A DNA stretch of 64,000 nucleotides from Schizochytrium sp. TIO01 (Eukaryota > Protista > Bigyra: Labyrinthulomycetes), in contig SMSO01000037.1 in the NCBI GenBank assembly GCA_004764695.1, positions 1,092,747 to 1,156,746 on the forward strand, in the 5' to 3' direction. Below are positions 1-9,010 of the stretch, piece after piece. Each line of letters begins with the position of its first letter. Within the stretch, counting starts at the first letter, position 1. The position numbers were made by a program, and so were the translations under genes. A model generated the notes under the pieces. The model made no database searches and was not told the DNA's origin. It saw nothing but the letters and a program-made list of their open reading frames with translations.

Positions 1-2796
1 TTCAGTTTTGCCGTCGTCTTCGTCAGAATCTGAGTCAGAATCAGACATACTGCGCTTGATACCACCATTAATTCCAGGACGGCGGCGGTGCACTGACGTT
101 TCTAAAGCCTGTCCGTTTGCCATAACGAGCCCGCTCTCTTCTTCATTCAAGGGAGACTGCACATCTTCCGAAGGCGAGGCTTCATCCTTGTGTCGCATCC
201 GACGCACTTGACCCCCTTGGCCCCGACGACTTTGCCTTGGAAGCTCCTCCTCCTTGTTATACACAACTGCATGGACTTTAGGAGCCATCACAAAAAGTGC
301 TGCAAAAACATTGGCCAAGAAAACTGCAAGACAGAGAATCAAAAACTTGATGTTGGTCTCCGTACTACTCACAGCGAGCATGATTGGGGCTGCGATCAGA
401 TATAGCTGGAATTGCCAAATCACCGCTACAGCCAATGTCTTACCTTCCTGAAAAGAGCTATCCACATCTCGTACACGGTATGCGATGGTGGCACCAATCA
501 GGTATAGACTGGCATGAAATGCAAGCAGTAACCAGTAACAAGTGCGCACAGCTGCAGAAGTGGTGAATGAACAGGCGCCATAGCTTTCTACAGGGTTGTC
601 ATAGCTGTCTCTGGAGACGATGAATCGTTTCCACTGAATTGGATCGAGAATCGTCGGCACCAGGAGCAAAATGATGTTCACAAGAAGAACAGAGGCCATG
701 AACTTCAATAGCGTAGATGCACTTAGCATCAACGAACGTAGGCTTGGGTTATGAAATATCTTCATTATACGGTACATCTTGAGGATGATTGCCGTAGCCG
801 TTGTTGTAGTGCCTAAACTCACAAGCCAGAAAAACGCATTGCATGCAGCTCCAGCACGCGGGTCGCCACTCGCATGGTCGTCTGGGTAAGCGTAGGCTGC
901 CAAACTACCCACGGCAGTGAGAATCCCAAGAAGAAATATCACCAAAAACTCATACTGTGCCTTGCGAACAATCCGAGTCTTACGGTTGAGGCATACCCAT
1001 ACTCCAAGTCCAGCACAAAGCAGAAAGACAAGGCCTACCATAACGTATGCCATACTGCGCAGACCCTTTCCAACAAGATTCTTTTCCTCAAAAGGTAGGT
1101 CGGTCTGCAATGGAATTGTGGTTGTGTCACCCGGCGGGAAGAGTAAGCCAGAGTCCAATGTCCAGCTTCCATTCCAGTCGCCCATACTCTGCGCGTGAAC
1201 AATTAGCGTAGATGGGTCTACGAGCAGACTCCGAAGTTTGAAGTAGGCAGTCTCGGCGACTCGGGACCCAGTATCCGAATCAAATTTGACTCTACCTGAG
1301 GCTCCATCGAAGGGGAACACAGATTCATTCTTCATCATGTCCACAAGCACGCCACCTTGCAGCCAGCTCGGCCGAGTATCTTCTCCATCAAAAGAAGGCG
1401 CTGAAACATCATCTGTAATGTTAGGAAAGCCTGCAGCAGCATATGATAGACAGGTCACACGGCATGCCGAGACAACAGCATCATAGGCGAAGGCAGTGTC
1501 GTAGATAAAGCTGCTGAGCGCCGATTCTGTGAAAAGATCGTCCGTGACGGAGAGGGTGAGGTTGTCTCCAGACAAGTTATCATGAAGGTCAACGGTAGGA
1601 TCTGAAAAATTCGATCCACCCGGAATGTAGGAGTTGATTGCGTCTTTGTACTTAACAAAGGAAGGCCAATTTTCCTTCAGAAGCTCAAACACATGGTTGC
1701 GATCGTCCCCACTGACCGCTTGTACAACCTGTGTAGCGTTCAAGATTGTTGCCAAGGACGGGTTTTCTTGAATGACGGAGGTCAATTCATCTGCACCAAT
1801 AGCATCACTGAAAACAAAGAGTGTTCCTCGTCCTGTCATGCCTCTTGAGTCAAACTGCTTCATGATATAAGGTATGTCTGCCATGAAAGCCACCACGAAA
1901 ATTACATTGAGGTCAGTTGATTCCAAACCACTAATTGCATTGGCTATGGATAATTCATCATTCTCTCGGTATGAAAATGCCTGTAAGGAAATGCCTAAAT
2001 CATTAGTTTCCTTCAGCAAAGCTTCCCGAAAGCCGTCGCCATAGGTATCGTCAACATAGAGCATTCCAGCATGGCCAAGACCATACTCATCAAAAAGGTC
2101 TGCAACAGCAGTCGCAGTAGAACTATCTGATGGGATTGTGCGAAGAAATTGCTCATGAATACTGTTTTCATCAAAGTCCGGTGATGTAGCCCAATAAGAT
2201 ATCATAGGGATTTTATTCACATTTGCCAGGATTGACACAGGCAGCGAAGTAAGAGATCGCGGTGTGCCGATAATAAAATTTGAGGCGTCTGTTGTACTTG
2301 TAGTGCCAGCGAGGTATGACTTGACTGCCACTGACTGAACACTACGTGTGTCCCAGCCTGTGACGCCAAAGTCAAGGCTTTCACAGCCTGCCATGTAGTC
2401 CGGCCCGAGTTCTTTGATGACAAGATCATTTCGCTCCTGGCAATGTTGTGCAGCAATCACAGCCGCGGCTGCTTTGGTTGTGCTTAAGGTTCCCAGCACT
2501 GTACGTACACCATCTTGATATGTTGTAAGGCCATCAAGCAATTGTAAAGTGATTTGCATCTTCCCCGTACTATTTGGCACTGTCTGGAGGCTGCGTGCAT
2601 CCTCATTCTCCATTAGGTTTTGTGCATCATGACTTTCATCTTCACATGGTTCATACAGGGACCTTTTTTGTTCAGAACTTGGTTGCAAGTTAATCAAACC
2701 CTGCCCCAGAGCACTCTGAAATGCTACAATACAGAGAACCAACACAAAGCCAAAAATTGCGCTAGTTGGCTTTCTAATTGTCCTTGGCCGCCTCAT
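1..2796 (-). CDS. Class C (GABA-B/metabotropic-like) G protein-coupled receptor: Venus-flytrap (ANF_receptor) domain + 7TM; 3' end runs off the window
   Basis: Absent from the ORF track, presumably because no stop lies in the window. Manual translation from ATG 2796 gives a signal-like segment (SAIFGFVLVLCIVAFQSALG). It also gives the VFT motif NKIPMISYWATSPDFDENSIHEQFLRTIPSD...YVDDTYGDGF and class C TM signatures RKTRIVRKAQYEFLVIFLLG and CNAFFWLVSLG...LKMYRIMKIFHNP. All segments checked are in one frame. Confidence 0.88.
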   Translation of the reverse strand, partial: MRRPRTIRKPTSAIFGFVLVLCIVAFQSALGQGLINLQPSSEQKRSLYEPCEDESHDAQNLMENEDARSLQTVPNSTGKMQITLQLLDGLTTYQDGVRTVLGTLSTTKAAAAVIAAQHCQERNDLVIKELGPDYMAGCESLDFGVTGWDTRSVQSVAVKSYLAGTTSTTDASNFIIGTPRSLTSLPVSILANVNKIPMISYWATSPDFDENSIHEQFLRTIPSDSSTATAVADLFDEYGLGHAGMLYVDDTYGDGFREALLKETNDLGISLQAFSYRENDELSIANAISGLESTDLNVIFVVAFMADIPYIMKQFDSRGMTGRGTLFVFSDAIGADELTSVIQENPSLATILNATQVVQAVSGDDRNHVFELLKENWPSFVKYKDAINSYIPGGSNFSDPTVDLHDNLSGDNLTLSVTDDLFTESALSSFIYDTAFAYDAVVSACRVTCLSYAAAGFPNITDDVSAPSFDGEDTRPSWLQGGVLVDMMKNESVFPFDGASGRVKFDSDTGSRVAETAYFKLRSLLVDPSTLIVHAQSMGDWNGSWTLDSGLLFPPGDTTTIPLQTDLPFEEKNLVGKGLRSMAYVMVGLVFLLCAGLGVWVCLNRKTRIVRKAQYEFLVIFLLGILTAVGSLAAYAYPDDHASGDPRAGAACNAFFWLVSLGTTTTATAIILKMYRIMKIFHNPSLRSLMLSASTLLKFMASVLLVNIILLLVPTILDPIQWKRFIVSRDSYDNPVESYGACSFTTSAAVRTCYWLLLAFHASLYLIGATIAYRVRDVDSSFQEGKTLAVAVIWQFQLYLIAAPIMLAVSSTETNIKFLILCLAVFLANVFAALFVMAPKVHAVVYNKEEELPRQSRRGQGGQVRRMRHKDEASPSEDVQSPLNEEESGLVMANGQALETSVHRRRPGINGGIKRSMSDSDSDSDEDDGKTE

Positions 2797-4395
2797 TTTC
2801 TCAGGACAAAGACAAAAATTCTCGTCTTCAATTGATGAGTCCTTGCACGCAACAATCTTTTGGCCTCGGTCTGGAGAAATACTAATCAAACCCTAAACCC
2901 TTTGGATTAGATAATATTAAAAACCACTCGAGGTCTATCTATATATGTCACCAAGAGCACTCAAACTAGAGAGAGCGCCGGGACTCTAAAATCAAAATTC
3001 TGAGTCAACACAAGCAGCCCTTTCCGACTGTGAAGAGCTCTTCCAATGCCAAATATCTCTACAAAGTTGGCAGCACAACTGATACGAAAGTTGCCACGGA
3101 TTGATACTTCATAAATGTCAAGAAATAGTAGTCAAAGGGAACAAGAAGTAGTAGCAGTGGTCAGGAAAGCGCCAAAAGAAGCAGCTTGAACGCCTCCGAC
3201 CTGCTCTTCCCAGCTCGTTAAGAAAAGAGGCAGCCCTACCAGTTGGTGAAATAGATACCTAACCTCCACACCCCGAGGAGCTCTTTCCGTGGCCTCGAAC
3301 GTGCTGCGAAGCGCGGCGTAGGCAGTCTCCTCGTGCGCTTCCGCAGCGCAGAGCAATAAATGGCCGTCAGAAATATGAATTCAGGGCAGTCAGATTTTGC
3401 GATCAATTGAGGAGGGAATTTTGCAAAAAAGCTCGCTACCCCAGCAGCGGAGACTCAGGGCACGAGACCAAGCGGCCAGATTGACCGCCGCCCGTCGAGG
3501 CCCTCCCCTCGTGGCAGGCAGGCAGGCAGGCAGGGTCTCGCTCGCCGACCTCGCCAGCGCCCGTGCGGAGGCGCTCAGGGTTTGGCGTAGTACAGAGCGA
3601 CGCCCCGCGCGGAGTCCGACCCCCTAGCTCCCACCGCGCTCCCCATATTACGCCACTTGTTCACAAGGGAGAACCGTGCGTAGCTAGGGGGTACTCTACG
3701 AACAAACAAAGAAAGAGGGAAAAGAGAAAGAAACTTTAGAGGAACCAATTCGAAGAAAGAGGAATTTGCTCAAATAATGTTTTCTTTGAGCGGGAAAATA
3801 AATAAATAAATAAATAAATAAATAACTTCAAGATGGACTCCAATAAAACGCTCGATGCCACACATACCCTGTGGCTTTCGCTCGGGCCGATTCCAATAGA
3901 AGGGGCGGTGGAGCGGTCCTCCCGCAGCGCATGCGAGCAGGTCGAGGTGTGCGAGTGCAGCTTGCTTGCACAGAATGGGCGTGTGCGTGTGGGGTTGATT
4001 GAGCTCGCAGTTTCTTTCTCTCAGCAGTTCTTGTTACACTTTGTTTTGGGGATTTAGCGCTTCAATCACACATTTATTTTATGATAAAAGAAAGAGCTAA
4101 AAGAGCGCGGCTCAGATAGGGAGGGACATATTGGATGTGATAAATAATGCAGTGCTTTCTTTCTTTTTTGGTGTCTTTTGGTGAGTGTGAAGACGACGAC
4201 TTTGTCTCTTTTGGCGTGGCTTTCACGAATAAAAATGTGCGCCACAGTTTCTGGGATCGTCACCACCCAATTCCAAGGTTTCCGTTTAAAGGCGGGGCTT
4301 TGCGTAACCAGCAGCCGAACCTTCGAGGAGTGCTGGCGCCGAAGACCGTCTTGAAGTTCAAGCTTCCGCTGGACTTCGCCGTTTATGAGTTGTTT

Positions 4396-4435
4396 TTAAT
4401 CAATCAATCAATCAATTGATTGATTGATTGATTAA
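4396..4435. repeat. Perfect 40-bp palindrome of (ATCA)n/(TGAT)n microsatellite halves
   Basis: ttaatcaatcaatcaatcaa|ttgattgattgattgattaa. Confidence 0.9.
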
Positions 4436-4480
4436 TTGATTAATTAATTGATTGATTAATTTTAGAGATTATTACACATT

Positions 4481-5920
4481 TTGGCACTTCAGTGGTACTT
4501 TGAAGTGGTCTCCGCTGCGGACTCCAAGCCACCAAAGAGGGAGCGCATGAGTCCACGCGAGCAGGGCCGCTCATGGAGAACGCCAAAGACGTGGCTCGCT
4601 GGGCCCACGCAGGTCGCGGGTTTCCCTGAAGTTGTGCCAGGTTTTCCCATGAGTGCCGGGACCTGGGTCCACAACGCAGGACAGGTATTCATTTCGTAGG
4701 CGTGTGCATGTCATGAAGAAGGCCTCTATCGCACTACAGTATATGTAGTAGTGCAGAATTGTACTAATAGCATGGAGTTCGAGCGAGACCTTGAAAACTC
4801 GTCACTGCAGATAAGGTCCGCTTCCAATGGCGCACGACGAAACAGACTCGAGCTACGAGCTTCAGAAAAGGTCTCGATTGCCTTCTTCGATTGCGCTGAA
4901 GTTGCATTTGGGTTTGTCGAAGAAAGTCGATAATCTTGTACCCATCGCTGCTGTAAGTTGATGAGGTTTTCGTACCTCATTTCCTGTAAGCTGTTTGTTG
5001 ACGACACGCTTTGAGCAGCATTGCAAAAACCCATCTCAAGATGGATGAACGAACCTCTTCAAGTTGCCATTCAACTCTTGTACTCCATCGACGCGAAGAG
5101 CTTCGACGGTCTTCCATGGTTGGTTTCCACGCACAGGGTTGTTCATCCTGTCAGGCGGCTGTCATGGCACAAGCAGCGGCAATTCGAGGGCGCCATCAAC
5201 TCGAATGGTGAGAGCGCTCCGTCGCTCAATGAATCAATCAATGAATCAATCAATGAATCAATCAATGAATCAATCAATGAATCAATCAATGAATCAATCA
5301 ATGAATCGATGAATGAATGAATCGATGAATCCATCATCGATTCGGAGGGAGGGGATGTTCAGAATGGCTGGTCGGCGGGAGGACGGAGCATTGGCAAGTG
5401 CTCGTCAAAGGTCCAATCGACCGTGGTTCCACGATCAGATCGTAGGCAAGTAATCTTCAAGTTCGGGTTATTAAGGAGGAAGAGGATTATGGATGTAATG
5501 CAATGTAATGTAATGCAATGTAATGCCATGGAGCGCGAGACCAACTTGGACTCGCTGTGGATGCTGTGCGGGTTGGAGGCCGAGCTTGCGAAGTCTTTCG
5601 AGACGTTGCCCGACTCGAAGGCCTGTCGAGCCGAGGCGGTGGTGTCCCAACTTGGAGGTGCAGCATTGTAGCGTAGCTTGCAAGGCACTTAGCGTCATCA
5701 AGATAGGATAAGATCGGCGCTCGTGACGTCGTCTTCGAGGATCGTCGTCAAAGTCGCCACCAAGTCGGCCTCCAAAACCGCGCTGGTGGAACGTGGACTC
5801 CTTGAGGAAGCCCGTCAAGCACAAGCAGCACAGCACCTTAAGGTGACGAAGCGAGCGGGGAACTTGGCAACCCTGGATCGAGAGCAACTTCAAGGTGCAG
5901 AATGTGTCCGCGAGTGCTGA
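4481..5920 (+). pseudogene. Possible decayed coding sequence of unknown identity
   Basis: ORF pieces 4481, 4751, 5021, 5423 and 5723 all lie in the same + frame, separated by isolated stops and microsatellite insertions. No recognisable motif. Confidence 0.3.
5228..5320. repeat. 12-bp tandem repeat (AATGAATCAATC)n
   Basis: About 7 tandem copies visible. Confidence 0.9.
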
Positions 5921-7148
5921 TCAACCTGCCGATTGATTGATCGATTTGGATGTTCAGAGGGGATGTATATCCATCCACCTATCATCCATTCACTCACTCG
6001 TTCATCAACTTTTGCTACAGAGGGTGCGACGACTTGATTGTCTGAGCCTTCAGGTTCTAGTTCTAGTTCTATAGAACCTCGAAAAGGTGCCACAATGGTG
6101 GTCATATGACAGCCACCATCATTATCATCACCATGATCACCACCATGATCACCACCATCGCCAACTGCAGACTGTGGCGTGCTTTGAAGATTGTGTGCCC
6201 AAGGTTTCCGAGTCCACACTCAAAGCCTGAGGAAGAAGCTGAGGGGAATGAGTGGAGGACTAGTCCGACAGCAATGACGAAGCGACTGCTGCTGCTGCTG
6301 CTGCTAATGATGATGATGATGAAGATGGTGATGAAGATGAAGAAGATGATGATGATGATGAGGCTAGCTACCTCTCGAGGTAGGTTTCTACCTACTCACT
6401 CACCTACCCACAAAGAAGATCTCGCTGCAGTGCTGCAGAAGTTGGTAGTGCTCAGAAGGTGTTGACTCGGACAATTCTATCCAACCTAATGAGCTATCCC
6501 ATCCGAAGGTGGGATCTTGGAATCTTTTTCGAAGGAAATGGAGCTGCTGCACCAGTCATTCATTCGTTCGCTTGCAGTTGCAGTCCTAAACAGGGCGATC
6601 TTCTTTTCGGGCGGTGCAATTCCTTTGGCACTGGGTTCTTTCTTTCTATGGGCTGCTTCGAAAAAAAGAAAAGAAAAAAAGAAAAAGTACTCGACTACCT
6701 CCCTACCTACGCATTGCGAATTGAAAGTCAAAAGAAATTGCAATACCTGCAACAGAAACAACCAAAGAAATAAACGAAAACAGGAGTCATATCAAGTAAA
6801 GTAAAGCAAAGTAAAGTGAAGTGAAGTGAAGCAGAGCAAAGAGAAATCGGGCTCCGAAATCTACGCGAATCAACAAATGAATCAACCAATGCAAAGCCTA
6901 TGGACGACGTACCTTCTGCTGTTTTGCAATCAGTTGGACTTGATGAGCAAGCGTACCTACCTACTAGCTAGCAAAAACAATGAGCTGCAATCAACGCGAC
7001 GTCAAGAAAAGTCACCCGTTTTTATTTTCTTCTTTCGCACCATTGGCATGGAGAAGAATTACTTTCATGAAGGTTTCGTAGAACTTGCTTGCACAAAGAG
7101 TGATGCCAAGCGGCGAAAGCGGGCTTGTGTGTCATGCATGGATGCTTC

Positions 7149-7240
7149 AAACCTAACCTGGAAACCTAACCGAGCGGAAAGTCTAACCTAACCTAACCTA
7201 ACCGAGCGGGAAAAAACCTAACCGGGAAAACCTAACCTGG
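7149..7240 (+). promoter_or_regulatory. Array of AAACCTAACC / (CCTAA)n telomere-like modules upstream of the snoRNA host gene
   Basis: Five modules (7149, 7162, 7178, 7214, 7228), each followed by a GG-containing tail, 180-270 bp upstream of ATG 7418. The regulatory role is inferred. Confidence 0.45.
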
Positions 7241-7417
7241 AAGCCCTGCCCAAAGGGATTGCGGAAAACCACGAATCGCTCTCACCACGAATTTTTAGCG
7301 ACCTCTTCCTGTTTTGGTCTTCCTTATATTGGGGAGAGCTACGACTATAGCAACAACACTTGCCGCAATCAATTCCCGATTGACGGTCGGTGTCTTCGTC
7401 ACAGGAGGACCGCCACG

Positions 7418-8710
7418 ATGGTTTTCCGATTGCCGGCGGGCTCGAACCGCCGCGAGGCACTATCGCTGTATCGCGACTGCCTTCGCGTTGGTAAGTGGAA
7501 AAGAAAACTCTTCTCAAAGAGTTGAAGTTGAGGAATCTGGGTGATGTGAACCACCGTGGGTAATCTTCTTTTGACACCGAGAGGTTGGTCTCGTGGCAAA
7601 GAAAATCCCTGGTTCATCGCATGGGCGTAGGAAAACGAGAGTACGTCTTGCGGTCACAAAGACATTGATTGATCCATCATCTTTCCTAGCTGCTCAGTTC
7701 AGTAGCACAAGGAAATGAAAGGTGGCGATCAGAAGTTATATGTTGGATACATACACCTCTTCAATGTACATACACAGAGTGCAGACAATCAGCGATACCA
7801 ACAGCAACTATGACTGGTCGACGGGGATGCTAAAATTGCAGACTTCCTTCTGAGCCCTCGGGTACTGAAGTCAAAAACCAATATCTACGAATCTACTTGT
7901 CTGAGTCATATATACCATCCATAGTTGATGTTTATCTGCGTCGCTGGGGAAAGTTAATGCCCTGATACGTAATCGAAGAGGAGGGGTGAGGTGCGTTGGG
8001 GAGCTCTTGTCCGGGCAGAGATGATATTATGCATGTATTACCTGAACATCGCTAGTGAAGATACTTTATTTTCCAGAATTACCCTGAGCCATCATCAACA
8101 CAAGAGCCACCACGCAATCTAGCAACAACGAGTCCCCAAACTTTGAAATGGTGTTTCAGGTTATTTTCTTCAAGGGGAGAGTAGAGTGAATTTTATCGTA
8201 GCAACTATCACACATTTCTGTCTTGGCAAAGATGATATTATGCATGTATTACCTGAACATCGCTAGTGAAGATACTTTATTTTCCAGAATTACCCTGAGC
8301 CATTGACAAATGTTGTGTTAAATTCACAAACTATACGAAGACTTTACCTGGAAACTGTGAGATGTCGGAAGGGGAGGGGGGGGGTACACAAGGTTGAGGA
8401 AGGAAATTTCCAAGACAATAAATTACACGTGCACAGATTTCACTAACATGGTTACTCTGCTCATTACCCACATATTTCTGAATTCACAGCCCGGTGTTTC
8501 TACTGGTGCAATGACGATGGTGAACCGTGGTCCCGCGTACTTAAAGAAAGTGCGCGTAAGGAGTTTGAGGAGGCTCGCTACGAAAAGGATCCTATAATTG
8601 TTGCACGTATGCTTGTTGTCGGACGCCAGTGTGTCGAGGACATGAAGCGCAAGTTCAACGAAACGGAAGATGCAATCCGCAAGCGTATCGAGAACACTCG
8701 TCAACGCTGA
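7418..8710 (+). CDS. LYR-motif (Complex1_LYR family) protein, 97 aa, two exons 7418-7490 and 8490-8710
   Basis: GTAAGT donor at 7491 and TTCACAG acceptor ending 8489 join in frame: MVFRLPAGSNRREALSLYRDCLRVARCFYWCNDDGEPWSRVLKESARKEFEEARYEKDPIIVARMLVVGRQCVEDMKRKF... The LYR tripeptide and RxEF motif are present. Confidence 0.88.
7820..7907 (+). ncRNA. Intronic box C/D snoRNA candidate
   Basis: Terminal stem GAC/GTC, 3-nt bulge then GATGC (degenerate C box). D' CTGA at 7850, internal stem GCCC/GGGT, C' CTGAAGT, D CTGA at 7901. Both ends have K-turn geometry. Confidence 0.65.
8014..8090 (+). ncRNA. SNORD45: Box C/D snoRNA, U45/SNORD45-like, copy 1 (18S Um172 and Am159 equivalents, human numbering)
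   Basis: GGC/GCC stem, C box GAGATGA. Guide ATGCATGTATTA before D' CTGA is antisense to 18S UAAUACAUGC. C' is GTGAAGA. Guide TTCCAGAATTAC before D CTGA is antisense to 18S GUAAUUCU. The layout matches U45. Confidence 0.85.
8133..8217 (+). ncRNA. Compact H/ACA snoRNA candidate between the two U45 copies
   Basis: Hairpin CCCC...GGGG with an internal loop, H box AGAGTA (8178-8183), short hairpin GTGA...TCAC, then ACA+TTT (8212-8217). Confidence 0.4.
8225..8301 (+). ncRNA. SNORD45: Box C/D snoRNA, U45/SNORD45-like, copy 2
   Basis: Identical to 8014-8090 except one nucleotide in the K-turn bulge; terminal stem TGGC/GCCA. Confidence 0.85.
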
Positions 8711-9010
8711 ATTGCACCAGCGGTCTCCATATCCATTATTCTCTGTACACATTCCATAACCCCTGTACATTTGCCCAGCGTTTGGTTCCTGTATATAACC
8801 AATATTCTGGGCCCTTTGTGTTACTTCTATATAAAACACCTGCTACATTAGATAATGCACATAAATTGTGACATGTTTTACTTTTGTTTACCTCAACAAC
8901 CTTGTCTTGGGATTACTCAGTGTGAATGAACAAATGCTCGTTTGAATAATGGGGCAGTAGGAAAGAAATACTACAACAGATACAAAAACTTGCCATGGAC
9001 CAATGTTAGC

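Noticed and set aside
7541-7720. Intronic structure as TPP riboswitch, U3, U14, U17 or RNase MRP
   Set aside because: Diagnostic motifs are absent (CUGAGA/GAACCUGA, U3 boxes A/B, U14 domain A, U17 m1/m2 pair, MRP CR-I/CR-V)
8014-8301. Direct repeat as CRISPR, LTR or target-site duplication
   Set aside because: Only two copies, each exactly bounded by snoRNA stems and boxes; explained as snoRNA paralogues
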